DNA of 64,000 bases, from the NCBI GenBank assembly GCA_045863855.1, contig BTVV01000023.1, positions 1-64,000 of the forward strand, in the 5' to 3' direction. The position numbers and the translations under genes are program-made. The notes under the pieces were generated by a model. It ran no database searches and was not told where the DNA came from. It was given only the letters and a program-made list of their open reading frames with translations. This stretch comes from Planctomycetota bacterium. GTDB taxonomy: Bacteria > Planctomycetota > SZUA-567 > H5-PLA8. Below are positions 10,018-20,034 of this stretch, in pieces. The first letter of the stretch is position 1. Every line of letters begins with the position of its first letter.

Positions 10018-10105
10018 GTTCGAGTGCCGGACTTCAAACGCCAAACGGCAAGAACCAAACAATCTCCCAAGGGCAAAAGTTAAGAGCGGCTACGCCCTTA
10101 AGCAA

Positions 10106-10128
10106 ACTCCCCCTTATTCAGGGGGAGT
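10106..10128. terminator. Hairpin between convergent genes (possible terminator)
   Basis: Perfect 9-bp stem actccccct-tattc-agggggagt; no strong U-tract. Confidence 0.4.
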
Positions 10129-10173
10129 CGCGGGGCTCGTAGTGCGCGCGTGTCAGCCCACGGTACGGTCGGC

Positions 10174-11004
10174 TTAGGCGGGCTGCAGGACGCGTTCGTA
10201 GACGACGGGGAACTTCTCGCCTTCCAGCACTTCGCCCGGTTTGACGCGGACGTGCTTCTCGACGGGGTGTGCGGCGCGCGGCGCGTAGATGGTGTAGCCG
10301 GGCATGTAGTGGATCGCGAAGGCGCGGCGCGGCCGGTCGGTTTTGTTCTCGGGACTGCCGTGCCAGGTCATGCAGTGGTGGAAAGCGACTTCGCCCTTCT
10401 TCACCACCATCGGTTCGGGCTTGACGCTGACGCCCTCGGGAAGCAGCGCTTCGTCGAACTTCGGTTCGAAGTTATCGCCCGTGCGCAGCGGCACTTTGCC
10501 CCAGCGATGGCTGCCCGGCACCATCCACATCGCGCCGTTGTCGATCTCGGCGTCGTCGAGGGCCACCCAGGCGCTGATCAAGTCGGCCGGCTGCAGAATC
10601 GGCCAAGCCGGAAAGTCCTGGTGCCAGCCGGTGCGCCCACCGACGACCGGCGGCTTGAACTGGATCTGATCGTGCCAGATGCGGAGCTTTTCGGCGTGGT
10701 TGCAGAGCCGCGAGACGGTGGCCGTGATCTCGGGGTTGCGGCAGAGTTCCATGAAGGTAGGGCTGGCTTCCCAGATGTTGACGATCTGGACGACCACCTT
10801 CTTGCCGGGATCGGCCTGCGGACCGTACTCGCTGGCGCCGCCCAACAGGTTGCGGTTCAGGACCGGCTTCTCTTTGGATTTGCCTTCCATGACGAGCTGC
10901 ATTTCGGAGCGGAGGCGTTCGATCTCGGCGTCGTCCAGCACGCGGCGCCCCTTGGCGAAGCCGCGGAGGTGGAATTCATCGATCTGGGCCGAAGTGAGCA
11001 GCAT
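10174..11004 (-). CDS. Phytanoyl-CoA dioxygenase (PhyH) family Fe(II)/2-oxoglutarate dioxygenase
   Basis: LTSAQIDEFHLRGF start, WHQD (HxD), SAWVALDDA..DNGAM..VPGSH, and HGSPEN...RR motifs; RBS caggag. Confidence 0.9.
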   Translation of the reverse strand: MLLTSAQIDEFHLRGFAKGRRVLDDAEIERLRSEMQLVMEGKSKEKPVLNRNLLGGASEYGPQADPGKKVVVQIVNIWEASPTFMELCRNPEITATVSRLCNHAEKLRIWHDQIQFKPPVVGGRTGWHQDFPAWPILQPADLISAWVALDDAEIDNGAMWMVPGSHRWGKVPLRTGDNFEPKFDEALLPEGVSVKPEPMVVKKGEVAFHHCMTWHGSPENKTDRPRRAFAIHYMPGYTIYAPRAAHPVEKHVRVKPGEVLEGEKFPVVYERVLQPA

Positions 11005-11129
11005 GGCTGGCGGTCTCCTGGGCTTGAACCTGTTCTTTTCGTCACCTAAGCGGACTTGCATCCGCGGGTCACCGGGGGGAGAATACCTCTGAAGTCCGGG
11101 TGAAGGAATGGACGGAGCCGCACCTAAAG

Positions 11130-12104
11130 ATGGATATTTCATCACTTTCAAGTTCGCCCACTCACGTCGCCCTGCCGGATCGGCCGTTCAGTCCGTGGTT
11201 GCGGCTGGCGCACATGTCCACCTCATCGGCCGAAAACGCCACGCAGCGCGCACGAGTCCGCGAGCTGCTGGACTTCGAACTGGTGCTCCAATTGGACGGC
11301 GCGGGCTGGATCTGGGTGGACGAGCCGGCGGGGAGCGTGGAGATCCGGCCGGGGCAGCTCGCGTTCTTCCCGCCTGGATTCCGGCACGGCTGGGCCAACG
11401 CGCCGGGGTCGCATCTGGCGGTGCATTTCGACTTTCACGCTCAGCCGCAGTTGGAGCATCCCGCGCATATTCGCTATTACGATCAATCGCATCCCCCTGC
11501 GCCGCTGAACGTTAGGCCGGTTTTCGAGCTGGCACGTGAAAAGGACGCGCAGGAGCGCTGGCGCATTCCGATGGTCACGGATGTACGCGATCCGCGCGCT
11601 TGGCGTGAGCGCCTCGAACCGCTGTGTACGCTGTACAGCCTGCGCGCGCATAAGACTTTGGCGGCGCAAGCCCGCGTCGCCGAAGCGCTGGGCTGGGCGT
11701 GGCGAACCCTTGTGGAGGATGCTGCCTCCTCCGCCACAGAAGGCGCTCGTGGAGCCGCTGCCGACCCGCGTATCCTGGCGCTGCTGCGCGATTTGGATCG
11801 CCCGAACGGGCCTTTTCAAGCGCGGAGGCCAAGTGTCGAGGAACTGGCTGAGCGCACCGAACTGGGGCAGACGGCATTCCGTGCGGCCTTTCTGGAAGCA
11901 ACCGGTCGCAGCCCGCGAACGTACCTGGAAGAGCGGCGGATCGAACGGGCCGCTCGGATGTTGCTGGAGACCGAACGGAGTATCTACGCGATCGGGCGGG
12001 CGGAGGGCTACGACGATCCGTACCACTTCAGCCGGGCGTTCAAGCGCGTGCTGGGGACGAGTCCGCGGCAGTACCGGCGCCGCGCTCAAACCGTCGCACG
12101 ATGA
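11130..12104 (+). CDS. AraC family transcriptional regulator (cupin + HTH), divergent from the PhyH gene
   Basis: C-terminal GYDDPYHFSRAFKRVLGTSPRQYR; N-terminal cupin (PGQLAFFPPGFRHG). Start uncertain. Confidence 0.9.
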   Translation: MDISSLSSSPTHVALPDRPFSPWLRLAHMSTSSAENATQRARVRELLDFELVLQLDGAGWIWVDEPAGSVEIRPGQLAFFPPGFRHGWANAPGSHLAVHFDFHAQPQLEHPAHIRYYDQSHPPAPLNVRPVFELAREKDAQERWRIPMVTDVRDPRAWRERLEPLCTLYSLRAHKTLAAQARVAEALGWAWRTLVEDAASSATEGARGAAADPRILALLRDLDRPNGPFQARRPSVEELAERTELGQTAFRAAFLEATGRSPRTYLEERRIERAARMLLETERSIYAIGRAEGYDDPYHFSRAFKRVLGTSPRQYRRRAQTVAR

Positions 12105-12206
12105 AACAAGGAAGGCATAAAACGCTAAAAGAGTCAGTTTCGCGGTATTCACCTTGTGGTAAAAACTGAATGGTTGGTACGTTTTCTCGCCTTGGCGGAT
12201 CGATGT

Positions 12207-13049
12207 ATGCCGCAAGAGGAAGTTCTCGGATATTGGCTCGGCCACGGTCCTCGCCCGCTTCCACTCCGGAAGACGGACGTGGTGACCATGGGCCGGGAAC
12301 CGCAAAACGCGCTCCCGCTGGAGGATACGTTCGCTAGCCGGCACCACGCGGTGATCGAGGTGACGCCGGACGGACAGGTGTTGCTGAAAGATCTTAAGTC
12401 CAGCAACGGCACGTATCTGAACGAGAAGCGCCTGGACGCCAACGAGCCGACTCCGCTGCGCAGCGGCGACCTGATCCGGATCGGTGGCAAGGTGTTTACT
12501 TTCATCAGCAACCAGCCGGGCCTGGAACCGCGCAAGGTTGGGATGCAGGCGTACCGCGATCTGGCGCACATGCAGACGCGTTCGATGGACAAGCCGGATC
12601 TTCCTCCGCCGCCGGACGAAGGCACGAAAAAGCCCGGTCCGCGTTCGACGGAGGCGTTGCAGACGCTGACGAACATTCCGCGCGAGCAGCCCAAGGAAGC
12701 GATCCTGGCAGGGAGCCTGGAAGACCAGTCGCTGCCGCAGATCCTGCAATTCTTGAACAGTTCGGCGAAAACCGGCGAACTGGCCGTGAACGGAAAGTCC
12801 GAGGAAGGTAGGATCGCGTTTCAGGACGGCACGATATTTTATGCGACGACGTCGTCCCAACTGGGCGACGATGCGGTATATGCGTGCAGCCGGATCCGGT
12901 CGGGAACATTCCGCTTCACGCGGCAGGAATTTCCTCCGGACTTGAAACGCAACGTGAAAGAAAAGACGATACATTTGATTTTCGAGTGTTGCCGGCGCAT
13001 CGACGAAGAGAGCGGCAAGACGCCTCCGAGCGGATCGCCGCAGGCATGA
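12207..13049 (+). CDS. FHA domain + DUF4388 (PatA-N-like) protein
   Basis: FHA motifs GR, SRHHA, DLKSSNGTYLN; C-terminal LAGSLEDQSLPQILQFL...KTGEL. Confidence 0.85.
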   Translation: MPQEEVLGYWLGHGPRPLPLRKTDVVTMGREPQNALPLEDTFASRHHAVIEVTPDGQVLLKDLKSSNGTYLNEKRLDANEPTPLRSGDLIRIGGKVFTFISNQPGLEPRKVGMQAYRDLAHMQTRSMDKPDLPPPPDEGTKKPGPRSTEALQTLTNIPREQPKEAILAGSLEDQSLPQILQFLNSSAKTGELAVNGKSEEGRIAFQDGTIFYATTSSQLGDDAVYACSRIRSGTFRFTRQEFPPDLKRNVKEKTIHLIFECCRRIDEESGKTPPSGSPQA

Positions 13050-13059
13050 ACGCGCGAGC

Positions 13060-13869
13060 ATGAGCGACGAAGAACTGGTGGGATACTGGCTGGGCGCGGG
13101 CAGCCGCCCGTACCCGGTGCGGCCGGGCGAAACGATCACGCTGGGGCGTGAATCGGACAATACCGTCGTGCTCTACGACGCTCACGCCAGCCGCCACCAC
13201 GCCGAAGTCTTCTGCAGCGCACGCGGCGAAGTTTTCCTGATGGACCTGGGTTCCAGCAACGGGACGTACTTCAACGAAGCCCGCCTGACGCCAAACCAGC
13301 CGCAGCCGCTGCGCAGCGGCGATAACGTGCGCATCGGCGGGAAGGTTTTTACGTTCGTCAGCAATTTGCCGGGGCTGGAGCCGCGCAAGGTCGAAGCCAG
13401 TGCGCACCAGCAGATGGAATCGATGCAGACGCTGATGTTCAACAAAGCCGACGTGCAGCGCGAGACGGCTCAGCCGCCGACGCGCCCGCAGAAAGCCGTG
13501 AACAGCGAGGAGACGTGGTCGCCGCTCAAGGAAGGCGATTCGGCCATCGCGCTGGCGGGGAGCCTGAACGACCAGAACCTCGCGCAGATTATGCAGTACC
13601 TCAACGCCAACACCAAGACGGGCGAACTGTTGGTGAAGGGCGCGAGCGTGGACGGGACGATCTGCTTCGAGCGCGGGAACATCTTCCGCGCGCGCGCCGG
13701 GGTGCAGCAAGGCGACGACGCGATCTTCGCGTTCGGCCGCCTGCGCGACGGAACGTTCCAGTTCAAGAACCGCATCTTTCCGCCGGACCGGCAAGCGAAC
13801 GTGCAGACGCCGACGATCACGCTGATTTTCGAGTGCTGCCGGCTGCTGGACGAAGAGTCGCGGGCGTAG
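13060..13869 (+). CDS. FHA domain + DUF4388 protein (tandem paralog)
   Basis: GR, SRHHA, DLGSSNGTYFN; LAGSLNDQNLAQIMQYL...KTGEL. Collinear similarity to the previous gene. Confidence 0.85.
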   Translation: MSDEELVGYWLGAGSRPYPVRPGETITLGRESDNTVVLYDAHASRHHAEVFCSARGEVFLMDLGSSNGTYFNEARLTPNQPQPLRSGDNVRIGGKVFTFVSNLPGLEPRKVEASAHQQMESMQTLMFNKADVQRETAQPPTRPQKAVNSEETWSPLKEGDSAIALAGSLNDQNLAQIMQYLNANTKTGELLVKGASVDGTICFERGNIFRARAGVQQGDDAIFAFGRLRDGTFQFKNRIFPPDRQANVQTPTITLIFECCRLLDEESRA

Positions 13870-13954
13870 CCGGACCCAAAGCGCCCGTCGTGTTGAATCC
13901 TTCCACCCCCATGATAGCCTTGCGGGTCTATTGCACGCCCGTGGATGCTATCGA

Positions 13955-16900
13955 ATGGCCTCATCTTCCAGCTTCGATCCGGATGAAGTTTATCGCGTGC
14001 TTTTCGAACAGGCGCGCGACGGGATATTCGTAGCCGACGCGCAGGGCCGATACCTCACCGTCAACGCCAGCGGACATGCGCTGCTGGGCTACGCGCCCGG
14101 CGAGTTGATCGGAAAGACCATCCTGGACATCATTCGCCCCGAGGACGCGGCACGGCTGCGGGAGGAAATGGACTCCGTCCGCACCGGCGCGCTGGTGCGC
14201 GAGTGGACCTTGGTGCGCCGCGACGGCGGACGGATCGGCGTGGAGATCACCGAGCAGTTGCTCCCGAACGGGCTGCTGCTGGGCGTGGTGCGCGACCTCA
14301 CGGAACGAGAGCGGGACCGGCAGGCGCTGAGGGACTCCGAGGAACGCCTCCGCTCGCTGATCAACGCGCTCCCCGAGCCGGCCTTTATCCTGGACCGCGA
14401 TCTCCGAGTAGTCGTGTGCAACGAAGCGTTGTCCCGGTCGCTGGGCGTGCCGCTGCCACAGCTCGTCGGGGGCCGGATGCAGGACATGCTGCGCGATCCC
14501 ACGATCGCGCGTGAGCGCTTCCGACGGATTGGGGAGGTGTTCGATTCCCGTGGGCCACAAGTCTTCGAGGACCGTAATCATGGTCGCGACTACCGCAACT
14601 TCCTGTACCCGGTGCTGATGGGCGAACAGGTCAAAGGCGTCGCCGTCTTCGCGATCGACGTTACGGAAGCTCGCGCGGCTCAGGAAAAAACGCTGCATTT
14701 CGAGGCGCTGTACCGTTCGGTGCTGGAAACGGCCCCCGACTACATCCTGACCGTAGACCGCGACGGGAAGATCCTTTTTATCAATCGTACGGCCACGGCG
14801 CAGACGGTGGAGCAGATTGTCGGGACAAGCTGTTACGACCACGTACCCGATGAAGCGCGCGCCACGGTCCGCGACGCGCTGGAACGCGTCTTCACCAAGG
14901 GTGAGATCGTCGAGTACGACACGCAGGGGCCTGTACTGCCCAACGGGGAGCGGATCTGGAGCCACGTCCACGTGGGGCCGCTGGTGCGGGACGGCGCGAT
15001 CGTGGCCGCGACGATGTGCGCGGCCGATATCACTTCTCGGGTGAAGGCCGAACAGGCGTTGCGCGAGAGCGAGGCGCGACTGAGCGCCATCGTTGCCTCG
15101 ACACCCAACGTCGCGATCCAGACCTACGACCGGACGGGCCGCGTGCTTTCCTGGAACAAAGCCTCGGAGGGGATGTTCGGTTTCGGCGCCGAGGAAGCCT
15201 TGGGGCGCACGCTGGATCAACTGATTCATACGCCGGAAGAGTGCCGCTACTTTCGGGAAATGCTGGGCCGCATCCACACGACGGGCGAGGCCGTCGGACC
15301 GGCGGAGTACCAGTTCCGAAGGAAGGACGGCAGCCGCGGCTGGTGTCTGTCCACCACCTTCGGTATTCCAACCGGCTCCGAACCCGTTTTCGTCTGCATG
15401 GACGTGGACATTTCGGCGCGGAAAGCGACCGATGACGCGCTGCGGCTCAGCGAACAGCGCTACCGCACGCTCTTCGACCACGCGCCGGAAGCGCTGGTGA
15501 TCCTGGATTTGGACGCCGGGCATTTCGTGGAAGTGAACCCGCAGGCCGAAGCGCTCTTCGGGCTGCCCCAAGCGCAGCTGCTGAAGCTGAACCCCCTCGA
15601 CCTGAGCGCGCCGCTGACGCCGGACGGCCGGCATGCTCCGGAAGCCGCCCGGGAATATTTTCGCCAAGCCATGGAGAGTGGCGAGCCGGTCGTATTCGAG
15701 TGGACGCACCGTGACAGCGAAGGGTTCGACCTAGCCAGCGAAGTCCGGCTGGTGCGCATTCCCGATCCCGAGCGCAGACTGGTGCGCGGAAGCATCATCG
15801 ATATCCGCGAACGCAAACGCCTGGAGGAGCAGTTGCTGCAAGTCCAGCGCGTCGAGAGCATCGGACGATTGGCCGGCGGGGTTGCCCACGACTTTAACAA
15901 CCTGCTCACCTCGATCATGGGCTTCGCCGAACTGGCACGCATTGGCCTGCCGCCGGATACGAAGCCGGCTCGGCAATTGTCCCGCCTGCTGGAAGCTGCC
16001 GGCCGCGGCGCGAACCTCACGCAACAGTTGCTGGCCTACGCACGCAAGAAGATCGTCCGGCCCGAAGTCTTAGATCTGAACCGGGTCGTCGCGGGGATCG
16101 AGCCCATGCTCCGGCGGCTGATCGGAGAAGATCTGAACTTCGTATTCGTTCCCGCGCAAGATCTGAGCCCGGTCAAGGTGGACTTGGGCAGCATGGAGCA
16201 AGTCATCGTGAATCTGGCGGTGAACGCTCGCGACGCGATGCCCCACGGCGGCCAGTTGACCGTCGAGACGCAAAACGTCACCTTGGACGCTCGCTATGCG
16301 GCGGCTCACGCCGATGTGGCGCCGGGACCGTATGCGATGCTGGCCGTAAGCGACTCCGGCGTGGGGATGAGCGAAGCGGTAAGGAAGCAGGTCTTCGATC
16401 CGTTTTTCACTACCAAGCCGGTGGGCCAAGGCACCGGCCTGGGCTTGGCGATGTGCCACGGCATCGTGAAACAGGCCGGCGGACATATCGCCGTTTACAG
16501 CGAGGAAGGCCAGGGAGCCACGTTCAAGGTCTACCTTCCCGTTTGCAGCGAAAAAGGCGCCGCTCCGGCTCGGTCCGCCGCCACGGAACGGCTCACAGGC
16601 GGCACCGAAACCGTGCTCTTCGTGGAAGACGAGCCCCTCGTCCGCGATTTTGCCTGCCAATGCCTGGGGGATCTGGGGTACACGGTGCTCGATGCCTCGA
16701 ACGGCGTCGACGCGGTGGAACGCATCGCCCGGCACGCGAGCCCGGTGCATTTGCTGGTCACCGATGTGGTGATGCCGCGCATGAGCGGTTCGGAGCTGGC
16801 CCGCCGGCTTGCCCAGTCGCATCCGGGGCTCAAGGTGCTGTTTACGTCGGGGTACACCGAGAATGCGATCGTGCATCACGGAGTGCTGAACGCGGACGTG

Positions 16901-16975
16901 AATTTCCTGCAGAAGCCGTACAGTCCGATCGCGCTGGCGAAAAAGGTTCGCGAGGTGCTGGACAGAAGCATTTGA
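13955..16975 (+). CDS. Cytoplasmic hybrid sensor histidine kinase (about 5 PAS domains, HisKA, HATPase, receiver; CckA-like type)
   Basis: GRLAGGVAHDFNNLL H-box, NLAVNARDAMP N-box, DSGVGM, FFTTKPVGQGTGLGL, receiver LLVTDVVMP and QKPY. Confidence 0.95.
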   Translation: MASSSSFDPDEVYRVLFEQARDGIFVADAQGRYLTVNASGHALLGYAPGELIGKTILDIIRPEDAARLREEMDSVRTGALVREWTLVRRDGGRIGVEITEQLLPNGLLLGVVRDLTERERDRQALRDSEERLRSLINALPEPAFILDRDLRVVVCNEALSRSLGVPLPQLVGGRMQDMLRDPTIARERFRRIGEVFDSRGPQVFEDRNHGRDYRNFLYPVLMGEQVKGVAVFAIDVTEARAAQEKTLHFEALYRSVLETAPDYILTVDRDGKILFINRTATAQTVEQIVGTSCYDHVPDEARATVRDALERVFTKGEIVEYDTQGPVLPNGERIWSHVHVGPLVRDGAIVAATMCAADITSRVKAEQALRESEARLSAIVASTPNVAIQTYDRTGRVLSWNKASEGMFGFGAEEALGRTLDQLIHTPEECRYFREMLGRIHTTGEAVGPAEYQFRRKDGSRGWCLSTTFGIPTGSEPVFVCMDVDISARKATDDALRLSEQRYRTLFDHAPEALVILDLDAGHFVEVNPQAEALFGLPQAQLLKLNPLDLSAPLTPDGRHAPEAAREYFRQAMESGEPVVFEWTHRDSEGFDLASEVRLVRIPDPERRLVRGSIIDIRERKRLEEQLLQVQRVESIGRLAGGVAHDFNNLLTSIMGFAELARIGLPPDTKPARQLSRLLEAAGRGANLTQQLLAYARKKIVRPEVLDLNRVVAGIEPMLRRLIGEDLNFVFVPAQDLSPVKVDLGSMEQVIVNLAVNARDAMPHGGQLTVETQNVTLDARYAAAHADVAPGPYAMLAVSDSGVGMSEAVRKQVFDPFFTTKPVGQGTGLGLAMCHGIVKQAGGHIAVYSEEGQGATFKVYLPVCSEKGAAPARSAATERLTGGTETVLFVEDEPLVRDFACQCLGDLGYTVLDASNGVDAVERIARHASPVHLLVTDVVMPRMSGSELARRLAQSHPGLKVLFTSGYTENAIVHHGVLNADVNFLQKPYSPIALAKKVREVLDRSI

Positions 16976-16979
16976 ACCG

Positions 16980-17402
16980 TCACGCCACCACCGGAATGCG
17001 TTCGAGCCAAGCACGGAGTTGGGAGAGATCGAGCGGCTTGCGCAGCAGGGGTACCTGCCGGGCTCGAAGCCAGAGTTCCAGCGAGAGATCGAAATAGGCG
17101 GTCATCAGTGCCACGGGCATGCCGGGGGTCTCGTCGAGGCAGGCGCGTATGATGCGGCAGCCGGTGGCGTCGGGCAGCCGGTAATCGACGAGCAGCCCGT
17201 CGAAGGCCGCGCCGATGAAGCGCATGTCGCTGAGCAGTTCCATCGCTTCACGCGCATTCTGGGCCAGCACCGGGCGCAGGCCCTGTTTGCGCAGCCAGTG
17301 ATCGAGGAAGAAGCGGATATCCGCCTCGTCCTCGACGATCAGCAGGCTGGGCTTGCGTGGCGACTCGGCGCCACGCCGACTCGATGCAGCATCCAAGTCC
17401 AT
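16980..17402 (-). CDS. Single-domain response regulator
   Basis: LLIVEDE, LLVDYRLPD, LMTAY and LRKP receiver motifs. Confidence 0.85.
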   Translation of the reverse strand: MDLDAASSRRGAESPRKPSLLIVEDEADIRFFLDHWLRKQGLRPVLAQNAREAMELLSDMRFIGAAFDGLLVDYRLPDATGCRIIRACLDETPGMPVALMTAYFDLSLELWLRARQVPLLRKPLDLSQLRAWLERIPVVA

Positions 17403-17613
17403 AGCATTCCGGCTTTCGGCTTAGAGGATCGCATAGTCGCTTGTTAAGCAGACCTGACGGAACGGTACGCCTTGGGCGTGAACATTCGATAAAGCCGAAG
17501 GGAAGTTGAAGGGAATCGGCGGCCGGCGCAACGGCTCAATCTCCGCTGGCAGCGGCCGCGAATCGGTCCACAATGCGACACCTTTTGGGGCGAACGGAAC
17601 AGGAGTGCCGGAG

Positions 17614-19173
17614 ATGGCCAAGCAGCAGCAACAGCCGCAGCAGGGCGGGAACGATGCGAAGGGCATCGCGACGCGCGCGGCCGACTATAGCCAGTGGTAC
17701 CTCGATATCGTCAAGCGCGCGGAACTGGCCGAACATTCCAGCGTGCGCGGATGCATGGTGATCCGCCCGCAGGGTTACGCGATCTGGGAAAAGATGCAGC
17801 GCGAGCTGGACGACCGCTTCAAGGCGACCGGGCATGTGAACGCGTATTTCCCGCTCTTCATCCCGCTCAGCTTTTTGGCGCGCGAAGAGCAGCACGCCGC
17901 CGGTTTCGCCAAAGAATGCGCGGTGGTCACCCACCACCGGCTGAAGACCATCGACGGTAAGGTGCAGGTCGATCCCGACTCCAAGCTCGAAGAGCCGCTC
18001 ATCGTCCGCCCCACCAGCGAGACGATCATCTGGAACCAGTACAAAGGCTGGATCCAGAGCTACCGCGATTTGCCGCTCCTGATCAACCAGTGGGCGAACG
18101 TATGCCGCTGGGAGATGCGCACGCGGCTGTTCCTGCGCACGGCGGAATTTTTGTGGCAGGAAGGTCACACGGCGCACGCCAGCGAGCAGGAAGCACGGGA
18201 AGAGACGCACCGCATGCTGGGCGTATATGCCGACTTCGCCGAGAACGTGATGGCGATGCCCGTCGTCCAAGGCGCGAAGAGCCCGGGCGAACGCTTCCCT
18301 GGCGCCGTCGAGAGCCTCTGCATCGAAGCGATGATGCAGGACGGCAAAGCGCTGCAGGCCGGCACCAGCCACTATTTGGGCCAGAATTTCGCCAAGAGCG
18401 CGGAAGTCCAGTTCCTCAATAAGGAAGGTAAGCTGGAATATCCGTACGCGACGAGCTGGGGCGTGAGCACGCGGCTGATGGGCGCGCTGATCATGACGCA
18501 CAGCGACGACACGGGGTTGATCTGCCCGCCGAAGCTGGCGCCGATCCACGCGGTGATCGTGCCGATCTTCCGCAAGGACGACGAGAAAGCCAAGGTTTTG
18601 CCGGCCTGCGAGGCGCTGCAGCAGGAATTGCGCCAGGCGGGCCTGGCGGTGAAGCTCGACGACCGCGACCTGCATCCCGGCGCGAAGTATTACGAGTGGG
18701 AGATGAAGGGCGTGCCGGTGCGGATCGAGATCGGCCCGAAGGACCTGGAAAAGGACAGCGTCTGCCTCGTGCGGCGTTTCGTGATCGAACAGCCCGGCGA
18801 GAGCGAGGACGACCGGCGCAAGCGCAAGAAGAGTTTCATTCCGCGCGGCGAAGCGTTGGCGCAGATACGCGGGCTGATGGACTCGATGCAGAAAGAACTC
18901 TTCCAGCGCGCGCTGGCCTTCCGGGAGAGCCGCACGCGCGTCCTCAATACGCTCGACGATTTCGAAGCCTTTTTCAAGGGCGACGGCGGCTTCGCCTGGG
19001 TGCATTGGGCGGGGAATGCCGAACAGGAAGAAGAGTTGGCGAAACGCTTCGAGACGTCGATCCGGTGCATTCCGCTGGCGAGCCAGATTCCCGATGCCGC
19101 GCGCGGCGCGGGTACGTGTATTCTGACGGGCCAGCCGAGCGCGCAGCGGGTGGTAATGGCGAGGTCGTATTGA
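17614..19173 (+). CDS. proS: Proline--tRNA ligase (archaeal/eukaryote-like type, no editing insertion)
   Basis: DYSQWY, VRPTSET, RWEMRTRLFLRTAEFLWQEGHT, LQAGTSHYLGQNF, TSWGVSTRL, and C-terminal ARSY. Confidence 0.97.
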   Translation: MAKQQQQPQQGGNDAKGIATRAADYSQWYLDIVKRAELAEHSSVRGCMVIRPQGYAIWEKMQRELDDRFKATGHVNAYFPLFIPLSFLAREEQHAAGFAKECAVVTHHRLKTIDGKVQVDPDSKLEEPLIVRPTSETIIWNQYKGWIQSYRDLPLLINQWANVCRWEMRTRLFLRTAEFLWQEGHTAHASEQEAREETHRMLGVYADFAENVMAMPVVQGAKSPGERFPGAVESLCIEAMMQDGKALQAGTSHYLGQNFAKSAEVQFLNKEGKLEYPYATSWGVSTRLMGALIMTHSDDTGLICPPKLAPIHAVIVPIFRKDDEKAKVLPACEALQQELRQAGLAVKLDDRDLHPGAKYYEWEMKGVPVRIEIGPKDLEKDSVCLVRRFVIEQPGESEDDRRKRKKSFIPRGEALAQIRGLMDSMQKELFQRALAFRESRTRVLNTLDDFEAFFKGDGGFAWVHWAGNAEQEEELAKRFETSIRCIPLASQIPDAARGAGTCILTGQPSAQRVVMARSY

Positions 19174-19208
19174 ACGGCTGAAATCGCAGCGTAGTCGAGG
19201 ATGTCTCG

Positions 19209-19940
19209 ATGCACCCCATCGGGCTTTTCGCCGTTGTCTATGGAATTTGCCTGATCCTTTGCTTCGTCGCACAGCTGGTGACCATAAGACTTCTGGCCGT
19301 AAGGATTTACGAAGCTGCTCTGTTCATCGGCCCCAGTATTCTATCGTATAAGTGGGGAAGCGTTCGATTAACGCTCTGTTGCATCCCTTTGGGTCATTTC
19401 TTTCGGGTTTCACCCGAAGAGTCGGATCTGCCTGAGATATCAAAAGCGGAGTTCGAGCAAAAAAGGCATGAGGCGATGGAGCATTATACATCACTCCCTT
19501 TTGGGCAACGCTTTCTCCTGTCATCGGCCGGTCTGATCGCGCTCATGCTCTTGGCAATAATTCTTCTAGGCCCATCAGCGGCCTTTCAGGAGGCGGTCAA
19601 TGGATTCGTTGAAATTCCTAAGGGCCTCTTAGGTATCTCAGCTGGTTTAGAGCCTGCTCTATGCTGGCGGAAGATATTGGAGAACGCCAGTTTCATGACT
19701 TGCTTGGGGCTCCTGGCTACCAAACTAACAGCACTCAACTTGCTCCCATTACCTGGGATGACAGGCCTCACTCTGATTCAGCTATTAAAGGAAGGAGTAA
19801 TGGGTAAAAGTAAAAGTCTGCCATCAACCGGAGAAAAGTCGATAGGTCTATTCGAATTGGTGGGTCTAATGACAACAGTGCTACTTTATCTTAGCTGGGC
19901 GAAGCAGCTGTTTTACGCTTTTTCTATGGACTCTATGTGA
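19209..19940 (+). CDS. Site-2 protease (M50/RseP)-like membrane protein with degenerate catalytic motifs; low GC
   Basis: FIGP...IPLG and NLLPLPGMTG resemble RseP motifs, but HExxH and the LDG Asp are absent. AT-richer codons than flanking genes. Confidence 0.6.
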   Translation: MHPIGLFAVVYGICLILCFVAQLVTIRLLAVRIYEAALFIGPSILSYKWGSVRLTLCCIPLGHFFRVSPEESDLPEISKAEFEQKRHEAMEHYTSLPFGQRFLLSSAGLIALMLLAIILLGPSAAFQEAVNGFVEIPKGLLGISAGLEPALCWRKILENASFMTCLGLLATKLTALNLLPLPGMTGLTLIQLLKEGVMGKSKSLPSTGEKSIGLFELVGLMTTVLLYLSWAKQLFYAFSMDSM

Positions 19941-20034
19941 ATGAATCAAACTGAAATGCCGCTTGATTCAGCCTGAGATTCCGCACAATAATTTATTATA
20001 AGGGTAAGCCTCTTATCGAATGTCAGGGGGTCGC

